Assembly: GCA_041697335.1 (NCBI GenBank) | Contig: JBGUGD010000038.1 | Span: forward strand, 1 to 64,000 | Origin: Vampirovibrionaceae bacterium NZW_1234 | GTDB taxonomy: Bacteria > Cyanobacteriota > Vampirovibrionia > Vampirovibrionales > JAGQHJ01 | DNA: 64,000 bases | Direction: 5' to 3' | Part shown: piece by piece, positions 1 through 10,473 of the stretch | Layout of the letters: each line of letters opens with the position of its first letter | Numbering within the stretch: the stretch's first letter is position 1 | The notes under the pieces: model-generated | Databases searched by the model: none | Seen by the model: only the letters and a program-made list of their open reading frames with translations | Told to the model about the DNA's origin: nothing | Position numbers and translations under genes: made by a program

Positions 1-120
1 ACACATATGGTTGGTGCCCGTGGGGTTTTTCATACCGTAGGGCCCCCTTCCGCCAATGGGGCCCGCCCCCCGCCATTCTATCCGTGTTGAGGCCACTGCC
101 GGAATACCACTTGAAACGCG

Positions 121-1209
121 TTAGCCGCCGATGAAAAATCGCACCAGGCCAGGCTGACTCGGGAAGCGATTTTTCAGCCCCCGAACCCCAAGGGCAACGC
201 CCATCAAGGCCGAGACGAAAATCAGGTAAAGGGCTACAAACTGGGGAAAAGCTACTTCCGGCCAAAGTGCGGCAAAAATGTAGTGAATGCTGACGTAATG
301 AAGCACGTAAATCAACAGCGAACACTGCCCCAGAGCCACCCAGGGTGTCCAGACGGCCCAGTGGCTGACCCGGGGAAGCACACTGAGGGCCGATGCAATT
401 AGTCCAAGCGCCGTGAGGAGATAGCCCCATGTGGGCGGGTAAAACAGTTCGCTATAGCCCCCACGAGTGACGAGAGGACCCGGATGTGCCGCCCAGGCGG
501 TAACACCCAAAGCCAATAACACCACAGAAGGCAACAGGGCTTTTGAGGGAAAGGACGCTCCCCACTTGGAGCGGAGCCCATAGCCGGCAACACCGAATAA
601 GGCAAACCCAACCCAGGGAAACAACGGAAACCAGCCGTCAATCATCAGGTGGCGGGCCGTATCCGGGAGGTGGTCCAAGGCCGTGGGCAAGGACACGGTT
701 TTTAACGGCAGATCGTCCAAAGGTAACTGATAGCCCAGGGCATGCTGCAGCCATGGGGTCAGGGCAAAAATCATCATGGGCAAGGCCCATTGCCAAGCCC
801 ACGTCAGCCGGGTGGCGGCATAGGCCATGGGGGTCGCAAAACCAATCAGGTATAAGACATCAAATGTGGTAAAGGGATAGTAATGCCATACGAAAATATC
901 GATCAGCGCACCCACCAGCGCGATACCGGCCCCTCGCTTGAGGTAATACCCCAGACCGCGGGCAGGACGAAGAGGCGCATTGGCAGCCCCAATCATCATA
1001 CCGGCCAGCAAAATAAACGTGGGCGCCGCAAATGTCCCGTAAAATCGAAACAGAAACGGATGCGGCTCCTGGAGAATATTACCCGCCAAATTGGCAGCGA
1101 CCATGGTGAAAATCGCCAGACCGCGCAGCAGGTCGATTGTTTGATCCCGTGAACGCTTGGCATCCGAAGCCAGCGTCGTTAAGGGTGGGGCAGCGTGTTC
1201 AAGCGTCAT
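121..1209 (-). CDS. DUF1624 / heparan-alpha-glucosaminide N-acetyltransferase-like membrane acyltransferase
   Basis: Multi-TM protein with family motifs RDQTIDLLRGLAIFTMV, FDVLYLIG, FPLFPW and LGQCSLLIYVLH; probable start MTLEH at 1209 (ORF open to 1266). Confidence 0.8.
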   Translation of the reverse strand: MTLEHAAPPLTTLASDAKRSRDQTIDLLRGLAIFTMVAANLAGNILQEPHPFLFRFYGTFAAPTFILLAGMMIGAANAPLRPARGLGYYLKRGAGIALVGALIDIFVWHYYPFTTFDVLYLIGFATPMAYAATRLTWAWQWALPMMIFALTPWLQHALGYQLPLDDLPLKTVSLPTALDHLPDTARHLMIDGWFPLFPWVGFALFGVAGYGLRSKWGASFPSKALLPSVVLLALGVTAWAAHPGPLVTRGGYSELFYPPTWGYLLTALGLIASALSVLPRVSHWAVWTPWVALGQCSLLIYVLHYVSIHYIFAALWPEVAFPQFVALYLIFVSALMGVALGVRGLKNRFPSQPGLVRFFIGG

Positions 1210-1489
1210 GCGTGTTCCTGAACGGGTATGGAAGCAATCCCGTGGTTTTGGCCTCTCAGTAGCCATTATACTGGAATTTACCTCATCAGGAGACAGTCTT
1301 GTCCAGATTGGGAAGTTTGGATTTATCCGTGGAACGGGAGGTTGTGAAATAAAAGTGATGCGAAGAGGGGAAAGGGTAAAAAACAGTGTCTGCCAAAAGA
1401 CTCGAATCCGTTAATGTGTGTGTTGGTCATCTCGAGGCGTCTACGCCAGTCGAGTTCTCTAAAGTACCCTTTGTTGTGGTGTTGGTGGA

Positions 1490-1681
1490 TTAGGCCCGTA
1501 CGTCCAGGCGAAGCTTAGTTTGGGTCGTCGCCGGGAAGCTGGGCAGAAACCATCGATCGTTGAGTTCTTGAAGGAATTTTCCCAGAGACGGCTTTCTTTC
1601 AGAGCGGTTCATCGACGGGTGAGGAAATGATTTTCCGTATCGTACAGTGTCGACGGGATAGCCATAGGGACCAATGTCCAT
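1490..1681 (-). CDS. small hypothetical protein (63 aa) with N-terminal VRYG motif
   Basis: ATG preceded by AAGGAGCTTCGTT (good SD) and a TTGATA-N17-TAGGAT promoter-like element; sits alone in an intergenic gap. Confidence 0.55.
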   Translation of the reverse strand: MDIGPYGYPVDTVRYGKSFPHPSMNRSERKPSLGKFLQELNDRWFLPSFPATTQTKLRLDVRA

Positions 1682-1723
1682 AACGAAGCTCCTTTTAGAG
1701 GGTTTTGTATCAAGTCATGTGAT

Positions 1724-1752
1724 ATCCTATAGCAAAATTTCCCTACTATCAA
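1724..1752 (-). promoter_or_regulatory. putative sigma70-type promoter (TTGATA-N17-TAGGAT) for the 63-aa gene
   Basis: Minus strand reads TTGATA gtagggaaattttgcta TAGGAT about 40 nt upstream of the ATG at 1681. Confidence 0.45.
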
Positions 1753-1865
1753 TAGGTAGGAGGAAATTTTTTTGAACTTTTTTTAAAAAACCTCTTTTTC
1801 TCTCTTACAGCCTGACGAATCGACCCATGAAAGCCTTTAATTCGCCTCTAGAAGAGTACATCTAT

Positions 1866-2855
1866 TTAGGGCAAGCCATGCTTTTCAATAGATTCCAGTG
1901 TGGACAGGATCAGCGCGAGGTCATCCATTTCAGGGACATATTTCATGATGTTCTCCTGATGAAGAACAGAAAGGCGGATGACAAGCGATTGCAGGTGTCG
2001 GATGGGCGCTAGCCCCGGAAACGAAAGAGGCTCAATCTCAGACAGGATACGGGATTGCAAGTGTCGAGTAGGCATGAGCCCTTGAAGCGGGGAAGGGATG
2101 CTGGGAGGGTTCTTCGGTATCAGATTCAAAGGGGCATCGTAGCCGGAATACCGAACATCGAAGGGAATATTCGGGATAAAATGGCAGGGTGTCCCCAACC
2201 CCAGGCAGGGCAGGGCCACATGAACCCGGTTCGTGACGACCATCTTTGCATTGGCATAACGACGCAGGCACTGTTCGGCCAAGGAAATCCGCTCTTTATA
2301 CAGTGACTCTCCACCCTGGGTGTAGGGAACAGAAAGTTGATGAGTCTCAAGGGCTGCAAAGGGAAAAAGTGAGCGAATTTGTTTAAATAAAGCATTTGGA
2401 ACATCTACCAATAACGTTTCTCTTTCCCAAATTTCCAGTTCCGAATTCCGAAAAGCCTCTGCATTCAGGCTCAATGTCAGACAGTACGATAAGTAGGCTT
2501 TTACCCCATTTTCACGAAGAATCTTCATTGTATAAACATCTCGACAACCGATGGGTTCATACTGCTTGAAATAATCAAACGCTTCGGGATGCCTTACTAT
2601 CCAGCCGGGAGCAAGGTGTACTGCGATAAATAAGGGGTGAACAAAGTCTGGAAATGGGATTTTGCCATGGATATACCAGCCATTTGCAATCAGGAATAGG
2701 TTTTCTGCTTCATCGGCCAGACCGCACCTGGCATGGGTATCCCTATCAAACAACGCAACCTGATCCACACCCAGCCCAAGGAGACTGAGCGCCGCAACGG
2801 ACTGGACTTCATCACCCAGATTAGCAGTAGAATAGCAAAAAATAGCAGGTTTCAT
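1866..2855 (-). CDS. polysaccharide pyruvyl transferase family protein
   Basis: Motifs NLGDEVQS, IGCRD and VVTNRVHVALPCLGLGTP; probable start MKPAIF at 2855, just downstream of the oxidoreductase stop. Confidence 0.8.
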   Translation of the reverse strand: MKPAIFCYSTANLGDEVQSVAALSLLGLGVDQVALFDRDTHARCGLADEAENLFLIANGWYIHGKIPFPDFVHPLFIAVHLAPGWIVRHPEAFDYFKQYEPIGCRDVYTMKILRENGVKAYLSYCLTLSLNAEAFRNSELEIWERETLLVDVPNALFKQIRSLFPFAALETHQLSVPYTQGGESLYKERISLAEQCLRRYANAKMVVTNRVHVALPCLGLGTPCHFIPNIPFDVRYSGYDAPLNLIPKNPPSIPSPLQGLMPTRHLQSRILSEIEPLSFPGLAPIRHLQSLVIRLSVLHQENIMKYVPEMDDLALILSTLESIEKHGLP

Positions 2856-2862
2856 ACATTTA

Positions 2863-4167
2863 TCAGGCAGAAATGGCTCCTTGGCGGGCTTGGGCGGCAT
2901 GTTTACCGACAGATTCGCCCATGGCCCAGCACACCGCCTGAATGCGAAGGGAGGACTGGGCCACAAAAGAGGCGGAGATACAGCGTCCTGCCACCAGAAG
3001 ATTGTCGATGTTCTCCGGTTGAAGCGCCCGTAAGGGGATTTCGTAATAATCGCCTTCTTTCAATTTCTGAAGGCCCCCTTTGTCGGCATTGGGCGAGGCC
3101 TGGTGAATATCAATGGGGTAGGAGCACCGGGCCGCAGCTTCTCCCGGGAATTTTCGGCAGGCCAGAATATCTTCGTCCGTCAGGACATAGCGTCCCCGAA
3201 TACGGCGACTTTCACGAATCCCAAGCTGCGGGGCCACCTGCATCAAAAAGCCGGCTTCAAACCCTGGGAGCTTGGCCTTGCAGAAGTTGACCAGCTTCGT
3301 AATCTGCTGGCGCCCCTTCATATAGGCGTACTGAATGTCGTCCGGGTTCAGCGGATCGAGCGGATGCTCGGTTTCAATGCGAGGGCAGTTGAAGGACACG
3401 ACCCCAGGCATGCCGGGAACGGTGAAAATCTGGAAATAAGCGGCTTCTGCCGGCGTAATCAGGCCATCGGCAATCCCGGCCTCAAAATAAGGTCGCAGCA
3501 CCCAGCCTGGACCATCCAGGGTGTGGGCCGTGGATAACATCCAATTGCCGTTGGGGTGCTGATACACGGCACTGTTTTTCATATCGGGATCGACGGTTTC
3601 AATCCACTGGGCCAAACGCCCCAAATCAACACCGCCCATTAAAAAACGCAGGGTCATGGCCTGGCGTCCCGGGTCATCCAAAAGAGGCACCCCAGCCAAA
3701 TGGGACAGTTCCGCATTGCCGGAGGCATCAATGTACATGCCTGCCTTTAGTCTTGGCTTCTCGCCGTTAAAGAAGCACGTCAGGGTATCAATTTGACGTC
3801 CCTGTACCTGAACATCAATGACTTCCACGTTAAATAAGACATGCACACCGGCACTCAGGCAGATTTCATCCAGATACGTCTTCAACAGCTCCGGATTGAC
3901 CCAGCCGGGGTTGTTGTCGGAAAACCGCTCGGCACCGCCATACTTTTGAGCCAGGCCATCCAGGACTTCCTGATAAATTCCATCCGTCAGGTTCAGGCCC
4001 TTGGATTGGTTGGGCATCATGGGAGTCACCAGAGAGGCCGTGGCAGTTCCACCCAGATAGCCGTTTTTTTCAATCAGAATGGTTTTGGCCCCGTTTCGGG
4101 CAGCAGAAATAGCAGCAGCAACCCCGGAGGATCCCCCGCCTACGACAACAACATCCGCTTCGTACAT
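2863..4167 (-). CDS. FAD-dependent oxidoreductase (FAD_oxidored family)
   Basis: DVVVVGGGSSG Rossmann motif, IEKNGYLGG, IDASG, GIRESRRI, YPIDIH, NLLVAGRCIS; start MYEAD at 4167 with GAGG SD. Confidence 0.9.
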   Translation of the reverse strand: MYEADVVVVGGGSSGVAAAISAARNGAKTILIEKNGYLGGTATASLVTPMMPNQSKGLNLTDGIYQEVLDGLAQKYGGAERFSDNNPGWVNPELLKTYLDEICLSAGVHVLFNVEVIDVQVQGRQIDTLTCFFNGEKPRLKAGMYIDASGNAELSHLAGVPLLDDPGRQAMTLRFLMGGVDLGRLAQWIETVDPDMKNSAVYQHPNGNWMLSTAHTLDGPGWVLRPYFEAGIADGLITPAEAAYFQIFTVPGMPGVVSFNCPRIETEHPLDPLNPDDIQYAYMKGRQQITKLVNFCKAKLPGFEAGFLMQVAPQLGIRESRRIRGRYVLTDEDILACRKFPGEAAARCSYPIDIHQASPNADKGGLQKLKEGDYYEIPLRALQPENIDNLLVAGRCISASFVAQSSLRIQAVCWAMGESVGKHAAQARQGAISA

Positions 4168-4192
4168 ATGCGCCTCAATCTCCTCTTCTGGG

Positions 4193-4984
4193 TTAACAGC
4201 CAAACACCGGGCCTTGACACTCCAAAAGCCCCTTATAGGTTTCAATGGCCTGACGATTGGTCATATCATAGGTCACGGGAGTTATGGAAATCATATTGTT
4301 TCGAAGGGCAACCACATCACTGTCGGGAGCCTCATCGCTGTCATCGATGACTTCGCCTGCCAACCAGTAGTAGACCTGCTTGCGGGGATCGATCCGCTTT
4401 TCATAGGTGTCGGTGTACATCCGCACACCCAAAGTCGTAATTTTAATACCGGCCATATCGTGCAGGGGTACGGCAGGAACGTTGATATTGAAAATTGTTT
4501 TGGGAGGCAGCTTGGCTTCCAGGACCTTGGGGAGGTATTCCGTAATAAAGTCAGCCCCATGGCGGAAATCCGCATGTCGGTCATACCCGTTCAAGAGGGA
4601 CATCGCAACGCTGGGAAGCCCTAGAATGGCACCTTCCAATGCTGCGCTGACGGTTCCCGAATAGATGACATCCGACCCAAGGTTGGGACCGTGATTGATG
4701 CCCGAGACCACAATATCAGGACGAACGTCCAACACGGCATTGAGCGCAATCTTAACACAGTCGCTGGGAGTGCCCGTCACTGCATAGGCGGCCTTTACAT
4801 TGCCCGGCATATCGACTTCATCCACTCGAATCGGCTTATGCAGGGTCAACGCATGCCCTGTGGCACTGCGCTCTCTATCGGGGGCTACCACGTAAACCTC
4901 ATAGCGGGTGGACAAGCGTTCGGCCAGAGTACGAATGCCCTGAGCCTGAATACCGTCATCGTTGGAGATAAGTACTTTAATCAT
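4193..4984 (-). CDS. surE: 5'/3'-nucleotidase SurE
   Basis: ISNDDG, VVAPDRERSATG, GTPSDCV and SGINHGPNLG..YSGTVSAA are the SurE signatures. Confidence 0.97.
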   Translation of the reverse strand: MIKVLISNDDGIQAQGIRTLAERLSTRYEVYVVAPDRERSATGHALTLHKPIRVDEVDMPGNVKAAYAVTGTPSDCVKIALNAVLDVRPDIVVSGINHGPNLGSDVIYSGTVSAALEGAILGLPSVAMSLLNGYDRHADFRHGADFITEYLPKVLEAKLPPKTIFNINVPAVPLHDMAGIKITTLGVRMYTDTYEKRIDPRKQVYYWLAGEVIDDSDEAPDSDVVALRNNMISITPVTYDMTNRQAIETYKGLLECQGPVFGC

Positions 4985-5058
4985 AGAACGTTACTCTTCT
5001 TGACTTCTTTACTGTGTCTTAACGGCTCTTGAATACGTTTGGGGACTCACCTGAGGGG

Positions 5059-5250
5059 TTAGGAAAAGCGCCGGTAAAAATACCCTCGGACAAATTCCGA
5101 ATCCAGATCGTCCAGGTGATTCCAGAACAGGGCCATAATTTCTTCCGGCGTGAGTTTCTTACGAATCAGATCCAATACGAGTGTTTTCACATCCACATCC
5201 TTCATCACATCCTGATGCCCTAACATTGCATACAGCTCGTCTTTGGTCAC
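5059..5250 (-). CDS. small hypothetical protein (63 aa)
   Basis: GTG start with GAGGAGAGG SD, helical amphipathic composition, co-oriented upstream of surE. Confidence 0.6.
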   Translation of the reverse strand: MTKDELYAMLGHQDVMKDVDVKTLVLDLIRKKLTPEEIMALFWNHLDDLDSEFVRGYFYRRFS

Positions 5251-5388
5251 AGTGAAAACCTCTCCTCATACAGACCCTAATACGTGACATACATTGCCAA
5301 GTGGGCATGAGTATTATTATACGTTAATTTAACGGACTCACCTGCGTCATTGAATGGATTCTTGAGGCCTTTAAAAGAAGGGATAAGC

Positions 5389-6837
5389 CTATTCGACGAC
5401 AGCCTCTGCTACACCCGTAACTTCTGTGTTGTCTTCAGCCTCATGATTTCCAGAATACCGATGATAGAGAGCGCCAAGGATGAATCCCACCAGACTGAGC
5501 CCCACCCCCAACAGGGTTGTAAAGGGCCACTTGGGCCACCACTCAGGCAGGTGGACAAGGTGGAAGTCCCCCATAAAATTGAGGATGACAGGAATAGCCC
5601 CGAGGCCCATTGCCCAAATACCCGCCCAGCAACCGTGATTGGGTGCATAAAAGATGGCCATGACCGGAATAAACATAGTGGATGCGTAAATATCTCCGGA
5701 AATCCATAAAATTTGGATGATATTTCGGTAGTGAAGGGCGATAATGGCTGCCGGAATCCCCACCAAAACCGTGGCAAGGCGGCTGACCCGGACCAGGGTT
5801 TCGGAAGATGCCCCAGGCCAGAAATAACGGTTCACAACGTCTCGGGTAAAGGTCATTGTGGCGACATTGAGGGTGGAATCGATGGTAGAGCAAATGGCGG
5901 AAAGAACCCCCACCAGCACCACAGCCGTGAGGAAATCCCAGGGCATTTTAAACGCCATGGCAATCAGAACATTCTGACCGGCCTCCCCATCATCGGGGGC
6001 AATATGAAACACAGCCAGCATGCCAATGGTAATCACCATGGCATAGAGGCCCATCAATATACCACCGGCTATCAGGACGGACTTTTTTGATTCCTCGGGT
6101 GCCGTGGTCGATGACATCCGTTGCCACATTTCCGGGGCGATACACCAGGCCAGGACGAAGGTAAAGGTAATGGCAAGACTTTGGGGCAGATTGGCAAAGG
6201 GGTTCCAGAAGGAAGAGGGAATAGAGCTCAGGGCTTGCAAGTTATGGGATTTAAACAGAGCCAGAACCAGAAGCATTAAAAGACTGAGGGTATACAGGGC
6301 GAAGTGGGCGATGTCCGTCATAACAACAGCCCGAAACCCACCGATAACGGAGTAGATGATCACAGCGGCCAAAATCATGGTGACGGCCCAAATCTCGGAA
6401 AAGCCTGTCGTGAGTGCCAGCAAATCCATCGCCGCAGTGAGCTGTGAAGCAATAAACGTGGTCGAGGTGGCTAGAATGATCCAGGCCAGGATGAAACTGC
6501 CCACCGGGCTGTAATGACTTTCAATGGCTTCCGGCAGGGACATACACTCCTGCTCTCGGACCTGAGCCGCCAGATAACGCCAGACCAGAATGCAGGAAAT
6601 CATGGTCGGCACAGCAATTAACCAGATGGCATTTAACCCATGGTGATAGGCTTCATTGATGGTGCCAATTGTGGACCCCGCCCCAAACCAGGCCGCAACA
6701 TAGGCAATGGCAATCGATTTTCCGGATAGATTCTGACCGGCCAGAAAAAAGTCCGACAGCCCCGACATACGGCGCGACAGAATTTTTGAGAGAACCACCA
6801 AAAGCAGCAGGTAGATAACAAAACAGGTAATCAGCAT
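5389..6837 (-). CDS. sodium:solute symporter (SSS/PutP-like)
   Basis: About 13 TM segments; DFFLAGQ, YSVIGGFRAVVMTD, WQRM and SAICSTIDS motifs. Confidence 0.9.
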   Translation of the reverse strand: MLITCFVIYLLLLVVLSKILSRRMSGLSDFFLAGQNLSGKSIAIAYVAAWFGAGSTIGTINEAYHHGLNAIWLIAVPTMISCILVWRYLAAQVREQECMSLPEAIESHYSPVGSFILAWIILATSTTFIASQLTAAMDLLALTTGFSEIWAVTMILAAVIIYSVIGGFRAVVMTDIAHFALYTLSLLMLLVLALFKSHNLQALSSIPSSFWNPFANLPQSLAITFTFVLAWCIAPEMWQRMSSTTAPEESKKSVLIAGGILMGLYAMVITIGMLAVFHIAPDDGEAGQNVLIAMAFKMPWDFLTAVVLVGVLSAICSTIDSTLNVATMTFTRDVVNRYFWPGASSETLVRVSRLATVLVGIPAAIIALHYRNIIQILWISGDIYASTMFIPVMAIFYAPNHGCWAGIWAMGLGAIPVILNFMGDFHLVHLPEWWPKWPFTTLLGVGLSLVGFILGALYHRYSGNHEAEDNTEVTGVAEAVVE

Positions 6838-7158
6838 ACCGTCTTATTCATGGGGGCAGTGTAAACCGAATTATACCATTTTTCCGGCTATCCCCTCCGA
6901 AGAAGATAAACCCGCGACACGTCATGTCATTGCTCACCCCGTGTTGAGCTATTCGCAATCCAGGGGTATAAATGGATTCTCCCTCTGGAATTTCCAGGAT
7001 AACCACGGCATAATGCATTGGCATTAGGTGAGAGTCGGATCAATCCGTATGATAGGGGGAATGTAAACAGAATTGAGGATCGACTCGGACCCGCAATACC
7101 GCAATAGGGTATGTATGAGTGAGAGCCCACTCACAAATAAGGGAAAAGAGGCGATGGA

Positions 7159-7536
7159 ATGATGGGTTTTGACGATGGATTCGAAAAAGAGGTTGATTGC
7201 CAACTCAAACGGGCTTTGCAGGAGATTGGATTAATTGAGCCATGGGCCAGTCATCAGGAGGGGGAATGGGTATTTACACATCCAGCCTACCCGGTCAGCT
7301 GCTGTGGAGCCAGCCCACTGGACGTAAAAAAACGCTATCCCCTGTTTCTGCGAGAGTTCATCTGGTACAAACTCAAAGAATCCCGTTTCAACCCAACTGA
7401 CGGGAACAGGCGAGAGACACAGAATGGTGAAGGGCTTAAAAAAGCCGTTACTTTGCCGAAAGATATTGCCGAATGGCTTGAAGCCGACCCATATACCCAT
7501 ATTGAGAGGATTCGCTGCCTCATGCGAATGACTTAA
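7159..7536 (+). CDS. hypothetical protein, weakly HicB/antitoxin-like
   Basis: GAGG SD; segment WVFTHPAYPVSCCGASPLDV resembles the HicB beta-beta-beta-alpha fold; C-terminal AVTLPKDIAEWL is RHH-like. Confidence 0.55.
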   Translation: MMGFDDGFEKEVDCQLKRALQEIGLIEPWASHQEGEWVFTHPAYPVSCCGASPLDVKKRYPLFLREFIWYKLKESRFNPTDGNRRETQNGEGLKKAVTLPKDIAEWLEADPYTHIERIRCLMRMT

Positions 7537-7568
7537 GAGGGTTGAGATTTTCCCTGCGAGCTGGGCCC

Positions 7569-10133
7569 TTAGGAGCCTTGTCCCTTTTGGCCTGAACTTG
7601 TGGTGGCAATGGAGAAAAACACCGGTCGGTGATCGGACGCCACAATACCCTCAAGTTCTTCTTCGGGGAAGACCATGACAGTTGGGTATTGAACATATCG
7701 GGCGTTGCCGTTTTTAAATACCCAATCGGTTGAAATAACCCGCGTATCCCCTTTGGGAGGAATAAACGAACCCACATCAGTACTGTATGTTGCGCGGGAC
7801 AGTCCCTTGATGTCCGGGTTCAGAGAGTTCAAGTCGCCTACAACCACTGCAATGTCGGATCGATGGTTGGCCTGGTAGTTGCGGGAAATGCCATCTAAAC
7901 TTTCCCGACGCATGTCCTCGTTATTTTCCCGAACCGTATTTCCATCTCGGCTGTTGGCGGGTAGGTGAGCACTATACAACACAATGTCATTGGCCTGACC
8001 GGTTTTAAGCCGGCATTTGACGATGGGGCGCTGCCATTTATTGCAGGTGGCAAAGCTCATCAGTTCAACCTCATTGGGATCGATCTCGACAGAGCTTTTG
8101 GTCAGAATCGTTATTCCATGGCGCTCGGCATGCGGATCAAGCACATTGCCGGGGGATGTTGGCGGAATATGAATGACATTGGGGTACTTGTCACTGAGGC
8201 CCGCCAAATTCAGGAACCGCTGGACGTGTTTAACACCCTGGGCTTCCAGGAGGACGACAACGTCAGAATCCATGCGGTCAATATTTCGTCCCAGCAAATG
8301 TAAGCGTTTTGCCTCACTCTCCCCGATCATGTCAGGAACAATCAGGTCTTGCACATTATAGGTGGCCATGCTGATTTGCTGAAGCGCTGGCCCTTGACGG
8401 GGCTGAAGTTTGTGGAAGAATCGCCCATTAAACGTGTAATTCGAAAACGCATCCAAATCCCGGGTGAGCTTCATCACCAGTTCACCCAAGGGTTTAAACA
8501 CCCCCAGCAACGGCGCCAGCAAGGACATCGAAAACTGAGGTTTCAACGTTGCCAGGTCCTTGAAACGATTGGCTTCAATCATAGCTGAAGCCTGTTTCAT
8601 GACGGCGTGGGCAATTTTCTGGACATGGGTGGAGGCTAAATTCATGACGCGAACCCGATTCGGCATATCCAGGTTCGCTGGATCCAGAGCCATCAAGGTC
8701 GACACATCGGCACTCCAGAGTTGCTGGTTCTGCCCGCGGAATTTTTTCTCAACCTTGGCCAGGATATTGTCAGCTTGATAACGGGTTAATGCGCTACGAA
8801 GGACATTCTGTTCATGGGGTTCGATGCCAAGCGAGGTCAGATAAGTCTCTTGTGCAGCCTTATCGTTCCCGAATTTCAGATGGGCTGCGACCGCCCAGTT
8901 CTCGATGCATTTCTCCAGGGATTGCAGACTCTCCTGTGGCAGGATAAACCGCTGGCTGTAAAGTGCGAAAAATGTCTGAGCGGCTTCCGGATTAAACCAG
9001 TGCTTCTGTTTTTGAAACTGCGTCAGGAATCTCGGAATTGCTCGCTCCCGGATGGCCTGCTGTGCCTTTTCCTTAATGGCATAATCCGAGAAGGGGGCTG
9101 TATAACAGTGGACAATTCCTGTTGCTTCCTGAAGGGACAACAGATCATTTTGAGCAAGGCCAGGATCCGAAGGATTCAGGATTTTGTCCAAATAGTGTTT
9201 TGCCAGAAGAAGATGGGCCAGGGACCTCAACATGGCTTTTTGAGACTCCTGTAATCCGGGTTCCGGCAGGGCATCGATAGTCGGATTCAGGTCCTGTGGA
9301 TGTTGAACAATGGGCATCAACGCTGTTTTGACCCAATGTTGAACCCCAGATTGCACCCGATTAAACTGCCTTTTGGTCAACAGATCCGGTTTCTGAAGCA
9401 AATCCAGAAGAAAACCCAGATCTTCCAGGGGCAATTGCCCTTCCTGTGCTTCTTGCTGCGTTAGAATGACATGACAGCGATGGCCGTTGAGGAGCTTTTG
9501 AGCCCGAAGCGACCGTTCACGGTCGGGGCTGGCAGGATCCGGGCTGGGCCGGGTGAGGATACTCCCCAAAGGGGCGAGGGTATCTGTGGGAAGGGCACCA
9601 GTCTGGGCGTCCCGTCCGATTTCGGCCTTTAAAATAAAATGCTCCTCCAGAAGCGCTTGAAATTTATTTGTCCAGGCCTCATCCCCGGCAAACAGCGTCA
9701 TCGTTTTATCGATTTCATCCAGCTGCTCGTCACCTAGAGGGCTGGGCGGAATCGGTTTTGCATTTGGAGTCAGTATTTTGGGAGGGAACAACCGGCTTGA
9801 GAGACGCTCGTATAATTGTGCTGCAGCTCGCTCTTGCTGTTGTTTTTCATGAAGCAACCGTGTGGCTTCATCCATTTCCGGCGCCGTTTGGGTTGAAGGT
9901 GCTTCAGCCGCCTTTTGTTGAGCCTCTTCCTGCTGCTGACGCCGCCGTTCTTCTAACTTTTTCTGGTAGGCGTCCTTTTTCTTATCCTCTCGTACCGGGT
10001 AGAAGGTGGGGATGCCTGACGATTGCGGAAACACCGAAAACAATCCGCCCGTCCCTTTGGGGTTTAAGGTCATTTTGTGACGGGTGACCCGGGAAGGCTT
10101 AGGTTTATTTCCGGAAAAACGAACAATATCCAT
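7569..10133 (-). CDS. large protein with N-terminal RFSG leader and C-terminal endonuclease/exonuclease/phosphatase (EEP) domain
   Basis: Probable start MDIVRFSG at 10133; EEP motifs ATYNV, VVVLLE, YSAHL, VVVGDLN, DWVF and SDHRPV. Confidence 0.85.
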   Translation of the reverse strand: MDIVRFSGNKPKPSRVTRHKMTLNPKGTGGLFSVFPQSSGIPTFYPVREDKKKDAYQKKLEERRRQQQEEAQQKAAEAPSTQTAPEMDEATRLLHEKQQQERAAAQLYERLSSRLFPPKILTPNAKPIPPSPLGDEQLDEIDKTMTLFAGDEAWTNKFQALLEEHFILKAEIGRDAQTGALPTDTLAPLGSILTRPSPDPASPDRERSLRAQKLLNGHRCHVILTQQEAQEGQLPLEDLGFLLDLLQKPDLLTKRQFNRVQSGVQHWVKTALMPIVQHPQDLNPTIDALPEPGLQESQKAMLRSLAHLLLAKHYLDKILNPSDPGLAQNDLLSLQEATGIVHCYTAPFSDYAIKEKAQQAIRERAIPRFLTQFQKQKHWFNPEAAQTFFALYSQRFILPQESLQSLEKCIENWAVAAHLKFGNDKAAQETYLTSLGIEPHEQNVLRSALTRYQADNILAKVEKKFRGQNQQLWSADVSTLMALDPANLDMPNRVRVMNLASTHVQKIAHAVMKQASAMIEANRFKDLATLKPQFSMSLLAPLLGVFKPLGELVMKLTRDLDAFSNYTFNGRFFHKLQPRQGPALQQISMATYNVQDLIVPDMIGESEAKRLHLLGRNIDRMDSDVVVLLEAQGVKHVQRFLNLAGLSDKYPNVIHIPPTSPGNVLDPHAERHGITILTKSSVEIDPNEVELMSFATCNKWQRPIVKCRLKTGQANDIVLYSAHLPANSRDGNTVRENNEDMRRESLDGISRNYQANHRSDIAVVVGDLNSLNPDIKGLSRATYSTDVGSFIPPKGDTRVISTDWVFKNGNARYVQYPTVMVFPEEELEGIVASDHRPVFFSIATTSSGQKGQGS

Positions 10134-10473
10134 ACGATACTCGAGTGCCAACTCAAAAACAGAGGGGAAAGTAGCTATTCCGAGTGTAATAAAGTTTTTC
10201 CAGGGGGACAATTGCTTGCAAACAAATGTAATTGTTGATTTGAATCTGGCCTATCCCAACAAAGAAAAGAGAACCAAGCTTAAGGGACCATGTTAAGCAA
10301 TGTCAACATTGGTGTCCAATAAACCGGGTCGAGAGTACGGCAAGTCAATCCTTTATAAGACATATGCCAGCCATGGGTTTGCGACCCCGGAATCGGTTGG
10401 GTTGGGAACTCCCCATGACGGATGACGTCACTTAAAGAATTGGTTACACTAATCAGCAACCACGTCAATAGGA

